Shown: in pieces, positions 8,859-18,833 of the stretch | Numbering within the stretch: the stretch's first letter is position 1 | Layout of the letters: the number at the start of each line of letters is the position of its first letter | Origin: an uncultured Methanocellaceae archaeon | Lineage (GTDB): Archaea > Halobacteriota > Methanocellia > Methanocellales > Methanocellaceae | DNA: 64,000 bases | Direction: 5' to 3' | NCBI GenBank assembly: GCA_963780665.1 | Contig: CAWACJ010000005.1 | Coordinates: forward strand, 118,335 to 182,334 | Program-made: the position numbers and the translations under genes | The notes under the pieces: generated by a model | The model's input: only the letters and a program-made list of their open reading frames with translations | Told to the model about the DNA's origin: nothing | The model's database searches: none

Positions 8859-9849
8859 GCGATCCATTATTTTTTATTATCTCGAATTTTTTACCTAACA
8901 TCTGTTCTACAATACATATATTTGTGGATGTATGGCTTGATATACTACTAGCCAGTATCCGTGAGCTTCCTTTTGCAAGGCCCATGAAAATAATAAGCTG
9001 GTCTGCAAGATGCTCATCTACGGCAGCGCCCGTACTGATCTCATTATACATAATTTTCGCGGCGGCGCGCCCGACAGTTTCTGCCGGAATACCGCGCTCA
9101 CCAAGCGAACTCGCGCCCATGAAGCCACGATATAAAGTAATACTGGAGCCAGTAGATGGTTCCTCCCTGACATCTATAGCTATGTCGCCCACATCCAACC
9201 CTTTAGCTTCTAAATATTCTTTTGCAGCCTTAGCCTGCCTTTCGGTAACATGAGACGGCAGTCTGGAAGAGGCGGATATGCCCATTATTTGTCCCTTTGA
9301 AGGAACACTGATATCAGCTCCATGAATAGCACATGGATCTAATGTGATGATCGCTTTTCCTTCGCCCCTGGGGAAAAACCCTCTGTGTATCAAAGAAGCT
9401 GTAATGTCCAGCCCAAAAAGTTGCAGCGCAGGTAATGTCACATATTTAAAATAATCGTAGGGCGGCGACCACTTCACATCCGTGCCCCCGGTGATCTCGA
9501 GAACGATCTTGCTCGAGGAGAAACATGCTATAGGAAGCACACTTTGCAAAACTAGAGTAATACTGCCTGCCGTACCCATGTAGAGCTTATGATATCCCCC
9601 TGCAATAGCTTCAGGTATAAAACGAACCTCTGTTGAGCCCAATGCAAGCCCTTCGATCCTGGCATTACATAGCTTTCCGGCTAGCTCGATCGATTTGATA
9701 TGCTGTGTGCTAAGGCCTGGCTTTGGACGGCCTTTCCTGATATTTTTAATAGTCACGCCTTTGCCAAGTATGGCTGATATCGCTACGGCTGAGCGGAGTA
9801 TCTGGCCTCCGCCTTCGCCGTAGGAGCCATCCACCTCTATGAGGTTCAT
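8842..9849 (-). CDS. rtcA: RNA 3'-terminal phosphate cyclase
   Basis: Length is 335 aa. The N-terminus MNLIEVDGSYGEGGGQILRSAVAISAILGKGVTIKNIRKGRPKPGLSTQHI is canonical for RtcA. The 3' end overlaps the kptA 3' end by ~17 nt in convergent orientation. Confidence 0.85.
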   Translation of the reverse strand: MNLIEVDGSYGEGGGQILRSAVAISAILGKGVTIKNIRKGRPKPGLSTQHIKSIELAGKLCNARIEGLALGSTEVRFIPEAIAGGYHKLYMGTAGSITLVLQSVLPIACFSSSKIVLEITGGTDVKWSPPYDYFKYVTLPALQLFGLDITASLIHRGFFPRGEGKAIITLDPCAIHGADISVPSKGQIMGISASSRLPSHVTERQAKAAKEYLEAKGLDVGDIAIDVREEPSTGSSITLYRGFMGASSLGERGIPAETVGRAAAKIMYNEISTGAAVDEHLADQLIIFMGLAKGSSRILASSISSHTSTNICIVEQMLGKKFEIIKNNGSLIQCE

Positions 9850-9885
9850 AAAAAATAGTATGGATATTCTACTAGTTACATTTTA

Positions 9886-11376
9886 CTAGAACATGCTACC
9901 GATCGACTTCAGCATATTGTTAATGAGATACGATATGTACGTAAGGCTCAATCCGGGAACGGCAACAAGTTCGACTGTAACGTTCATGTCTTTGCCCGGT
10001 ATCACCTGGAAGGTCCCGGTATTATTCCGGTACCCGTCTCTTGATACGAGATACGTATATGAGCCATCCGACTGGTTCTTCAAGTTAACAGAGCCAATGC
10101 CGATATACTGCCCATTCACATAGATCAGCGAATCGTCCGGGCTTACTGTCATACGCACGTTACCGGTACTTTGAACAAGAGTCTTCGATATGCGGGTAGT
10201 ATTTTCGGCCACTATATTAACCGAAAAGTTCTCATTGTGATAACCGCTCATCTGCAAGCTGACATCATGTACACCGGATTTTACACCGGTAAAGTTGTAT
10301 GGTGTCACCTTACCCATGTCACTACCATCAATGAATATCTTAGCGCCTTCAGGATCAGATTGGATCTGAAGTGCCGAGGAATCTACAAAATCCACGTTCA
10401 TAGAGACCGCATAATCATGTGTGACGTTAAGCATGTTCGGATAATATATCAAGAACTTATCCGATTGTTTTGTATAATCTTTACCATTTAGCTGGTAATC
10501 GAGCTTAACGGTATAATTTTCACTGATCGCGTCCTCACTTACGCCATTGAACTCGTAATAGCCATTCTGCCCGGTCGTTGTTTCCATGACGGTTGACAGG
10601 TTACCATTTGATAGCACCTTACTTAGCTGGATCGAAACTCCGGCAAGAGGCACGCCATTCCTTTGTTCTACGTATCCGTGCACTATGTTTACCTGTGGAA
10701 CCGGCGCAGGATGATACGTTACGTTGGGGTTTAAGGTCAGAGGTACGTATATTGTTTCGGACGAGGTATCGTCACTAGCCACATGGACCGGATATTTTTG
10801 AGATGCGTAGGTCGTATTATTTGAATTATGCTCCGCCCATACTACATAATCACCGGTAGGCAGGTAGAATTGCCACTTACTTCCAACGCCTTCCGTGAAA
10901 TATGTATACATCCCATTGTTAAGATATATTGTCGCGCTTACGGGAACGGCATAATTCTGGTCAGCCGTTACTACTCCTGTCATCCAGCCCATTCCGGATG
11001 GCGGGTACCTGAAGATCACGACATCCTCAGGAACTACCTGTAACTCGTTAACTGTGAAAAATATTGTCTTATCCGAATATGTGTTACCATTGGCGTTCAA
11101 AGTCGCTGATAGCCGATAGGTATGGCCGCCAGGTAAGCTATTAAAAGTGTATGAACCGTTAGCATCGCTGACCGCTGTCCCTAGGTTCTTGAACTCGTAG
11201 TCGACGATCTGCACTTGTGCTCCGCTGACAGGATCTCCGTTCTTATCAAGAACGCGACCGGTCACAGAGCCATAGATAATTGATGAATCATTTTGCGCCG
11301 AAGAAACCGGCATTAATGAAATGAGAATGATGAGAATAATAAATATCGAAATTGGCTTAAAGACCATTTTTAACAT
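9886..11376 (-). CDS. Secreted/surface protein with carboxypeptidase-regulatory-like and PEGA beta-sandwich domains
   Basis: A signal peptide (MLKMVFKPISIFIILIILISLMPVSSA) is followed by Ig-like repeats. The C-terminal PEGA-type motif is DPEGAKIFIDGSDMGKVTPYNFTGVKSGVHDVSLQMSGYHNENFSV. Many NxS/T sequons are present. The track ORF extends to 11433, and I take the internal Met as the start. Confidence 0.65.
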   Translation of the reverse strand: MLKMVFKPISIFIILIILISLMPVSSAQNDSSIIYGSVTGRVLDKNGDPVSGAQVQIVDYEFKNLGTAVSDANGSYTFNSLPGGHTYRLSATLNANGNTYSDKTIFFTVNELQVVPEDVVIFRYPPSGMGWMTGVVTADQNYAVPVSATIYLNNGMYTYFTEGVGSKWQFYLPTGDYVVWAEHNSNNTTYASQKYPVHVASDDTSSETIYVPLTLNPNVTYHPAPVPQVNIVHGYVEQRNGVPLAGVSIQLSKVLSNGNLSTVMETTTGQNGYYEFNGVSEDAISENYTVKLDYQLNGKDYTKQSDKFLIYYPNMLNVTHDYAVSMNVDFVDSSALQIQSDPEGAKIFIDGSDMGKVTPYNFTGVKSGVHDVSLQMSGYHNENFSVNIVAENTTRISKTLVQSTGNVRMTVSPDDSLIYVNGQYIGIGSVNLKNQSDGSYTYLVSRDGYRNNTGTFQVIPGKDMNVTVELVAVPGLSLTYISYLINNMLKSIGSMF

Positions 11377-11437
11377 TTTTACCACACGCGAAAAATAAAA
11401 GGTAAGGGGATTTTTACATCCCCTTAGATTCAAGCGT

Positions 11438-13501
11438 TTAGTTCTCCTTCCTCGCGATCAGGTAGGCTACACCGAGTAAGCCTGCAAGTGCGAACAGAGC
11501 CTCAAAGCCCGGGGTGGGCGTTGCGGTCACGGTCGTGGTTGCAGTTGCGGATGCCTGCGTGGTCGGGGTCGGGGTGACAGTTGGCGTCGGCGTGCTTGGT
11601 GCCATGTATGCGTAGTCGGGTATTGCTATGTTGTGCGTAGCTGTACCGATTTCGCCATTGAAGTTCTTTGCACCAGCGATGCTTGTTGCCGTGTTCGGGC
11701 CGAGTACGAAGACTGCGTAGTATACGTGTCCTTGTTTCTCAGCGGTCACGTTGTATAAGCCCCAGGGGACACGGTAGTAGGTGTACATACCGACTGCTGC
11801 CGTCCTTCCATCGTTGGACTGCTGCGGGTTCTCCGGGATCTTTACAATGCCATTGTTGTCATACTGCTCTGCTACTGTGCCGTTCTGTACAGCATACCAT
11901 AAGGTAACGTTTGCGTAGGGTATACCGACCTTGTTCTGGTCAGTGATGATGCCCGACACAGTGCCCCAGCCTACTACGTAGACTACGGTGCTGTTGGAGA
12001 TGACTTCTCCGTACATGATCGACGAGTTAGCAGTTATGTTGACCATACCGATCGTCTTGTTGGACGTTAAGGGTATTGTCGCCTGACCGTTCAGGTCCGA
12101 TACGTTCGTCTTCACGGCCGGTAAGGTCGCGACGGTGTCGTTGTCCGACGAGAACTGTATCTTAATGTTTGACCTGTGGTACGGCTGACCGTTCAAGTAT
12201 AACTGAGCGGTGATGATCGACGTGTCGCCACCAACCAGGATTGTGGATGGGTCAGCGGTCACATAGATTGCATCGGGAGGCGGTACATGCAGAACAATGA
12301 ATCCCGACGAGGTCGAGGACTTGTTCAGCGAGTAGTTGTTGCTCCTGCCGTAGATCGTCATGTTGTCGGTCAGCTGAGCGCTCGCATCAGCGAATGCCCA
12401 TGCAGTGTCCGGAGTCAGGACGATGTTGTCAAAGACATACAATCCTACGAACGGCTGTGAGCTGCTCGTTGGTGCAGTCATGTTGTAGATTTCGCCATTC
12501 GAGGCGTTCCTGACGTGCAGAGTCACGGTGATGCCACCGTAGCCAGTGCCGTAGGAGTCAACAACGTAGCCAGTCCATGATGCAGTCGGTGCCCTGAAGT
12601 AGATCTTCACGGAGCCGTTGATCGATGGGTCTGCTGCATAGTATGCCCAGATCGTGGTGTTGTTGCCGCCCCTTATGTCAGGTACCCAGCCGTACTGGAT
12701 CGTGGCTGCGCCATCCTTGGTGGATACGTTGCCGGATGTGATACCAGTGCGCTGTGTGAGGCCGCCGATGTTGTTGCCACCAGTCGTGCTGTTGTAACCA
12801 TAGAAGCTACCGTTGTAGTAGTTGGTCGTTCCTGCGCTCATGTCTCCTGTCGGCTTCACGCCACCCCAGCTTGCCTGGTTGGTCATGTTGTCGATTGAGA
12901 AGAAGACCGGTGTGCCATCGCCGACCTTGTTTCCAAGGGCGTCGTAGACATATGCAGTGATCTGTATGTTGTCTGCAGAGTCAGATACAACGTAGTTCCT
13001 CTCGGCCGTTACTGTGATCTTGGCCGCCTTGGTGAATATGACGACTGATGTGGTCGATGTTGCGCTGCTCTGTACGCTGAACGCGTGTGAGTAGCCTTCA
13101 CCGAACGGGCTGAGGTTAGCGTACATCATGTAAGCTTCTCCGGATGCAGGTCCAGATGCTGTTACAGCAGGTGAGACCACGCCCCCGTTAACGGTCGCGT
13201 TAACGCCAGTCATCTGGTAGTAACCCATTGCATCGGCGGTTACGTTAAAGTATTCCTGGCTATTATTCGATGCGTTGACGATCGATACATAAGCCCCACC
13301 GAGACCTACAGTCGTGTTCTGGGTGGTAACCCTACCAGTAACTGAACCCGTGCTCCAAGTAGACGGCATTGCAGGGTAAGAGTTTGCGTTGACACCCGTG
13401 CCGAATGTAGTTGGATACGAGGCAGTTGCGGCTGGTAATGCAACGGCAATAAGTGACATTATCATTATTGCTGCTAATGCTGCCTTAGTATTAGTTTTCA
13501 T
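11438..13501 (-). CDS. S-layer-type surface glycoprotein with a PGF-CTERM archaeosortase sorting signal
   Basis: Length is 687 aa. It has a signal peptide and a Thr/Pro-rich linker (PTPTVTPTPTT...). The C-terminus is PGFEALFALAGLLGVAYLIARKEN, i.e. PGF plus a TM helix plus basic tail. NxS/T sequons are dense, and GGAGGT sits 7 nt upstream of the ATG. Confidence 0.8.
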   Translation of the reverse strand: MKTNTKAALAAIMIMSLIAVALPAATASYPTTFGTGVNANSYPAMPSTWSTGSVTGRVTTQNTTVGLGGAYVSIVNASNNSQEYFNVTADAMGYYQMTGVNATVNGGVVSPAVTASGPASGEAYMMYANLSPFGEGYSHAFSVQSSATSTTSVVIFTKAAKITVTAERNYVVSDSADNIQITAYVYDALGNKVGDGTPVFFSIDNMTNQASWGGVKPTGDMSAGTTNYYNGSFYGYNSTTGGNNIGGLTQRTGITSGNVSTKDGAATIQYGWVPDIRGGNNTTIWAYYAADPSINGSVKIYFRAPTASWTGYVVDSYGTGYGGITVTLHVRNASNGEIYNMTAPTSSSQPFVGLYVFDNIVLTPDTAWAFADASAQLTDNMTIYGRSNNYSLNKSSTSSGFIVLHVPPPDAIYVTADPSTILVGGDTSIITAQLYLNGQPYHRSNIKIQFSSDNDTVATLPAVKTNVSDLNGQATIPLTSNKTIGMVNITANSSIMYGEVISNSTVVYVVGWGTVSGIITDQNKVGIPYANVTLWYAVQNGTVAEQYDNNGIVKIPENPQQSNDGRTAAVGMYTYYRVPWGLYNVTAEKQGHVYYAVFVLGPNTATSIAGAKNFNGEIGTATHNIAIPDYAYMAPSTPTPTVTPTPTTQASATATTTVTATPTPGFEALFALAGLLGVAYLIARKEN
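11550..12510. repeat. Dispersed repeat copy A (~1 kb), near-identical to 52300..53260
   Basis: The protein blocks YNMT...PFVGLYVFDNI...GEIGTATHNIAIPDYAY are about 90% identical between the two surface-protein genes. The antisense spurious ORFs 11668..11907 and 52424..52660 are themselves near-identical, which indicates nucleotide-level conservation. Boundaries are approximate. Confidence 0.5.
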
Positions 13502-13918
13502 TAATTCAACCTCCCATGGTTGTGTCTATCGAGCAGATATCACGTCTGGATAAAACAGTCTTGTTTTATCACCATATGCCAGATCTTCGACATATGCCGA
13601 ACTTGACATCGCTTCAATCAAATCCATAGATACGGATTATTGGACATACATTAGGTTGTACCTTAATAAATCTTTTTTGGTCATTCCCCTATATTAAAAA
13701 CGCTTGTAATCCGATATTAAGATAGATGTACTGTAGCTGTTAGTCATTATTATCCTTGCGGTTTTTGAGCATAATTAATGGTCGGCACAAAAAGTGCTTA
13801 CAAAAGCAGTAAAAATACCATATACGACAATTGACTATTTACAATAAGCAGATCATAGCCAAAGGGAAAATACCATTAAATATATGTGTATTGCAACCCT
13901 CTCGAATCTGCTGATAAC

Positions 13919-15109
13919 ATGAAGTACGCTGTGATTCTAGGGGATGGCATGGCCGACTATCCTGTAAAAGAGCTTGGGGACAGGACACCGCTAATGTGTG
14001 CGAACAAGCCCGGCATGGACTTTATAGCACAAAATGCCGTAAGCTATGGGCTCTGCCAGACCACGGTAGAAGGCTTGCCAGTCGGGAGTGACGTAGCAAA
14101 CCTCTCGGTCATGGGCTATGACCCTACTATATATTATACTGGCCGCGGCCCCCTTGAAGCCGGAAGCATGGGCATACCATTAAAACCCGAAGACATTGCG
14201 TTCCGATGTAACCTCATCACCGTCGAGGATGAGTGCATAAAGGATTATAGCTCTGATCATATCTCAACCGAAGAAGCGCGCCTGCTGATGAAGTTCCTGG
14301 ACGAGCGGCTGGGATCCGATACGATACACTTCTACCCGGGTATCAGCTACAGGCATCTGCTAGTCATGGAGCATTTTAACCCTGACACAATATGTATTCC
14401 TCCGCATGATGTCGTGGGCGGCCCGGTGCAGGATAATTTGCCAAAAGGCGAAGGCTCCGGGCAGCTCATCAAGCTGATCGCGGAATCGCAGGAAATACTC
14501 GAAGACCATCCGATAAATCGAAAGCGAAAAGCTGAGGGCAAAGGCATGGCGAATTCCATATGGCCATGGGGCCAGGGAAAGACGCCACTCATGCCATCGT
14601 TTAAAGATAAGTTCGGGATTGATGGCGCCGTGATCTCCGGCGTAGACTTGATCAAAGGCCTGGGGGTCTTCAGCGGGCTGGAAGTGATCAATGTGCCCGG
14701 AGCCACGGGATACCTGGACACTGATTACGCTGCTAAGGCCGAATACGCGCTTAAAGTACTTGAAGAAAAAGACTTTGTGTTCATCCACGTGGAAGCGCCG
14801 GATGAGGCGGGGCACGAAGGCCTCAGGGACGAGAAGATCCGCGCCATAGAGGAGATCGACAATAAGATCGTTCGCCGGATGCTGGAAGGCATGAAACATT
14901 TCGGCGAGTATCGCATGATGGTCCTGCCGGACCACCCGACGCCGCTCAGCGTGAAGACGCACACCAGGGATCCGGTACCGTATGCCATATACGACTCCCG
15001 GTTCGCAAATAAAAGCGCAAGGACGTATGATGAGCGCTCGATGGCCGACGGTTTGTTCATAAAGCCGGGTCACCGGTTGATGAGCCTATTTATAAATGAA
15101 ATACTATAA
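13919..15109 (+). CDS. apgM: Archaeal-type cofactor-independent phosphoglycerate mutase
   Basis: N-terminus: MKYAVILGDGMADYPVKELGDRTPLMCANKPGMDFIAQNAVSYG...VEAPDEAGHEG. Length is ~397 aa from the internal Met. The track ORF starts 33 nt earlier. Confidence 0.8.
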   Translation: MKYAVILGDGMADYPVKELGDRTPLMCANKPGMDFIAQNAVSYGLCQTTVEGLPVGSDVANLSVMGYDPTIYYTGRGPLEAGSMGIPLKPEDIAFRCNLITVEDECIKDYSSDHISTEEARLLMKFLDERLGSDTIHFYPGISYRHLLVMEHFNPDTICIPPHDVVGGPVQDNLPKGEGSGQLIKLIAESQEILEDHPINRKRKAEGKGMANSIWPWGQGKTPLMPSFKDKFGIDGAVISGVDLIKGLGVFSGLEVINVPGATGYLDTDYAAKAEYALKVLEEKDFVFIHVEAPDEAGHEGLRDEKIRAIEEIDNKIVRRMLEGMKHFGEYRMMVLPDHPTPLSVKTHTRDPVPYAIYDSRFANKSARTYDERSMADGLFIKPGHRLMSLFINEIL

Positions 15110-15120
15110 CAGGTAATCAT

Positions 15121-16005
15121 ATGGATATCGTCAGGGTCAAAGCGTCCGCCACGTCTGCAAACCTGGGGGCAGGTTTCGACGTGCTAGGCATAGCTCTCTG
15201 CGAGCCCTACGATACGATCGAAGTCGAGCCGGCAGATCGGATCACGATAGAGGTAACCGGCCGTGGCGCCGATTCCATACCGCTGCAGCCTGAGATGAAT
15301 ACGGCCGGCCTCGTGGCACTGGAAATGAAACAAAACGTCCGCATCAGGATAAATAATAACATTCGCCCGGGGAGCGGTCTTGGCAGCAGCGCTGCTCCGG
15401 CAGCGGGCACGGCGTTTGCGATTAACGAGCTATTTTCACTGGGCTACACGAAAGAGGAACTGGTGCGCATCGCGGCCAGGGGAGAAGTGGCAGCTGCCGG
15501 AGTGGTCCATGCGGACAACGTCGGGCCATGCATCATGGGCGGCCTGACGATCGTGAATGGCATACATGCGATGAGCGTCGAAATGCCCGAGATGAGCGTC
15601 GTGGCTGTGCTGCCCGACATTATCGTGAACACTAAGGACGCAAGGAACATACTGCCTAAGATGGTACCGCTGGGCGAGATGGTCCAGAACGTAGGCAAGG
15701 CCTGTACGCTAATGGCCGGCGTGGTCAAGAAAGACCCGGTGATGATCGGCAACTCGCTCCTGGACACGTTCAACGAGAAATATAGATCAGCGTTGATAAA
15801 GGGCTACGCGGATGTTAAGTCGAGCGCCATGAAGTGCGGCGCCTATGGCGTGGCCATCAGCGGATCGGGGCCGACAATGATCGCACTCTGCCCGGCGGAG
15901 CGTTCCGATGCGGTCGCCCGAGCCATGGTAGAAAGCTTCGAGAAAGACGGCGTCGGCTGCGAGTCATACCAGACCAGAGTAGGAGAAGGCGTACACATTA
16001 TATAG
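15121..16005 (+). CDS. thrB: Homoserine kinase (GHMP kinase family)
   Basis: GHMP motif PGSGLGSSAAPAAG is present, and the N-terminus ATSANLGAGFDVLGIAL is typical of ThrB. Length is 294 aa. Confidence 0.75.
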   Translation: MDIVRVKASATSANLGAGFDVLGIALCEPYDTIEVEPADRITIEVTGRGADSIPLQPEMNTAGLVALEMKQNVRIRINNNIRPGSGLGSSAAPAAGTAFAINELFSLGYTKEELVRIAARGEVAAAGVVHADNVGPCIMGGLTIVNGIHAMSVEMPEMSVVAVLPDIIVNTKDARNILPKMVPLGEMVQNVGKACTLMAGVVKKDPVMIGNSLLDTFNEKYRSALIKGYADVKSSAMKCGAYGVAISGSGPTMIALCPAERSDAVARAMVESFEKDGVGCESYQTRVGEGVHII

Positions 16006-16051
16006 TTGAAAATGGCCTATATGTGGAATGTGCTGTGACAGGTGAAAAACA

Positions 16052-16663
16052 ATGGAACTGAGGGATATTATTATTGCAATGATCGCCACATTTGTATTTC
16101 TCGTGCTCTTAGCGATCGGCATCACGTTCATCATAGGCAACTCAGCGCCGAGCCCGACACCCACAGTTTCGCCGGATATCTCGGCTACCGCGAGTGTATA
16201 TTCGCCGACGGGCACGTACGAGATAGTCCCTGCTGACAGTACCACGCCTACAAACCAGCCATCCGGTAACCCGAAGCCGGTGCCTACGGCCAGCGGCCCT
16301 GCGATCACTAGCGCTACGATCACGGACCATGGGACAGATAAGGATACTTATAAGAGAGGCGACACGGCGACGGGCTTTGTAGCCCTCAAGAATACTGGCA
16401 ACACTGTCATCAACAACGTGGTCATGGATGTCTCCGTGTCCAAGTCTATCTCATTCATCGGATTTGTAAAAGTCGGAGGGACGACCTACCCGTATAGTAG
16501 TGAGAACATCCGGCCCGGAGAGACACGCAGGATCGAGTTCTCTACGGTCATACCGTCCGACTATAAAGGCATCTCTACGGCCGGCGACTTCGAATTCGAA
16601 GTGACCGTGACGGCGGAAGGCACCAGCGCCGGCAGCTTTACACAGGCGGTAAAGGTGCAGTAA
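16052..16663 (+). CDS. Membrane-anchored secreted protein, paralog A (conserved TDKDTYxRGDTAxGF...IPSDYKG.STAGD block)
   Basis: An N-terminal TM/signal anchor and a Pro/Thr-rich linker are followed by a C-terminal beta-rich domain. That domain is shared with the next gene. Confidence 0.55.
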   Translation: MELRDIIIAMIATFVFLVLLAIGITFIIGNSAPSPTPTVSPDISATASVYSPTGTYEIVPADSTTPTNQPSGNPKPVPTASGPAITSATITDHGTDKDTYKRGDTATGFVALKNTGNTVINNVVMDVSVSKSISFIGFVKVGGTTYPYSSENIRPGETRRIEFSTVIPSDYKGISTAGDFEFEVTVTAEGTSAGSFTQAVKVQ

Positions 16664-16828
16664 TGGCCCTCGCTGAGATCGAGCCTTTTCGGGAGATACT
16701 CGCCCGGCCATAGGCTATTTCTGGAATATGCCGGCACGAAATAAGGCTATTACATTATTTTTTACTTCTGCTTTATCCATCAGACCCATATATTGCGTAA
16801 AAATATGAAATAGATTAAAAACTAAGGA

Positions 16829-17377
16829 ATGAATCCTGTTTTTGTGGGCGTTATGGAAAATTACTATAATCTGATTGTTGCAGTATCGCTGGTCATGTTA
16901 GGCTTTATCATGGCAGCATCTAGCCTGGCGACAGCATACGTGATCCCGACGGAGTTTTCGCCTGACTTGTCTCAGGCGCTGGCCGTGGATATGGTGATGC
17001 CGGTGACTGCGGCGAGCACGATGAATGCAGAGGTCGTCAATTACGGGACCGATAAGGACACCTATAACAGAGGCGACACGGCGAAAGGGTTCATCACGCT
17101 GAAAAATACCGGTGATGCAGACATCAACGATGTGACGATCGGCGTATCCGTGGCAAGGTCCGTGCCCGTGCTTGGCATGATGACGCTGGGCAGCCAGGAC
17201 ATCCGGCTGACGGGCTTGAACATAAAGCCTGGCGAGACAAAGAACGCTGATTATTCAGTGGCAATACCGAGTGATTACAAAGGGCTTTCCACGGCAGGAG
17301 ATTACAAAGTCAGTGGTAAGGTGACCGTGGGCGGTAAAGATGCAGGCAGCTTCAGCAAGTCTATAAAGGTAGTTTAA
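16829..17377 (+). CDS. Membrane-anchored secreted protein, paralog B
   Basis: Shares YGTDKDTYNRGDTAKGFITLKNTGD...NIKPGETK...AIPSDYKGLSTAGDYK...GSFSKSIKV with paralog A and has an N-terminal hydrophobic anchor. Confidence 0.55.
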   Translation: MNPVFVGVMENYYNLIVAVSLVMLGFIMAASSLATAYVIPTEFSPDLSQALAVDMVMPVTAASTMNAEVVNYGTDKDTYNRGDTAKGFITLKNTGDADINDVTIGVSVARSVPVLGMMTLGSQDIRLTGLNIKPGETKNADYSVAIPSDYKGLSTAGDYKVSGKVTVGGKDAGSFSKSIKVV

Positions 17378-17578
17378 GCCCGATCATCAGCTTCCCAATT
17401 TTTGTCTTAATGGCTCAATTCGGAAATAACTGGCACTTTACTTCCGCTTTTATTTATCGTATCTTACGTTTTTATATCGTGTAGTTGAAAACAAAAAACC
17501 CAGTGCATAAAAAAATCACCTAGAAAGATTGGATAACGATTATAACCGCACATGAATATTATTGTAAGGTGATCGTTT

Positions 17579-18833
17579 TTGGGCAATACGGTAGTCATTG
17601 CGCCCACTACTCGTAACGAAGGCCATGGCAAGTTCGTGCTTGAAGTGGATGACGGAGGGATTGTTAAAAAAGGATATTTTATGAGCCTCGTCACGGTGAG
17701 AGGCTTTGAGAAATTTCTTCTGGGCAAGGCCATGGAGTTCGGGCCTATAGCTACCAGCCGTTTCTGCGGGCTATGCCCGCCTACGCATGCGACTGCATCC
17801 TCGGAGGCTATCGAGCATTCCCTCGGCCTGACGCCACCGGCAACGGGGCTGCAGCTCAGGGAGCTATGCAACATCGGCAATCATCTTCATGATCATCCGC
17901 TACAGCAAATACTCATCTTGCCGGACTTCGTAAAGGACGAGGGCAAAGATCCGGGAAGATATACTGCTGATCCAAAAAATGCGGCGCATAGGGCAGTATA
18001 TTTGTGACGTGGTCGGCGGGGAGGCTATTCATTCACCATATATTCGTATCGGGGGCATGCTCAGTAATATAAGCGAATCAGCGAGAAATAAGCTCCTTGA
18101 AGATATGGTCGTGTATAAGAAGTACGCTGCCAAGCACCGCGCATTCATGGAAGAGGCTTTTGACTCCGTCGATGTCCCGGCAGGCTTGGGCGCACATAGC
18201 GAGCAAATGATGGCCACGGACCTTATTTACGGCCGCTCAGACGTGTTCGAGCGCGACTATTACCCCGGCTTCTCGGAAGTGCTGCCCGTCAACTATTATG
18301 GCGAGGCGGTGGGCGCCGAGGCCTGTACGGTCATCCCTATGATCAATGGAAAGATCATCGAGGTGGGACCGCTGGCAAGGCTCCGGAAATTCAAAGGAAA
18401 TAAAGGAAACGGGACGATGGCGCTCAATATGGCCAGACTTGACGAAGTGGACATAAGAGCTGACAGGGCGGTTGAGCTGTTAAAGGGCCTGGACACACGC
18501 GCCAAAACTCTTAACGTACCGACCTCGGGCGGCGACGGCAAGCTGGGTATCGGCGTGAACGAGGCGCCCAGGGGCACGAACGTGCACATGGTACGCGTAA
18601 AGGACGCCAAGATCATCGACTACACGGCCATACCCGCGACCACGTGGAGCATCCCGGTCATGGGCAAGGCCACGGAAGGGTTCCATCACAAGTGGGCGCA
18701 ATGGGTGATGAGGTCGTATGATCCATGTATTTCCTGCGCCACGCACATGATCGTCATGCATGAAGGTAAAGTCGTGGAAGAGCGAGTAATTAAGCCTTCG
18801 GACATTTTAATGCCGCTGGAGGCCACGCGATGA
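17579..18833 (+). pseudogene. frhA: F420-reducing [NiFe] hydrogenase large subunit FrhA, interrupted by a +1 frameshift in an A6 run (~17974-17979)
   Basis: ORF 17579..18007 carries RNEGHG and RFCGLCPPTH. ORF 17979..18833, in another frame, carries ...GQYICDVVGGEAIH... and C-terminal DPCISCATH. Removing one A from ccaaaaaatg joins them into a ~417 aa FrhA-like protein. Confidence 0.6.

Noticed and set aside
14360-15073. 237-aa and 111-aa minus-strand ORFs inside apgM
   Set aside because: They are antisense to a well-supported phosphoglycerate mutase gene and have Arg/His-rich compositions typical of shadow ORFs. The same reasoning applies to the many other antisense ORFs in the track (e.g. 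5934..6425, 15444..15773, 20505..21032, 21551..22207, 29189..29659, 38544..38990, 39093..39791).
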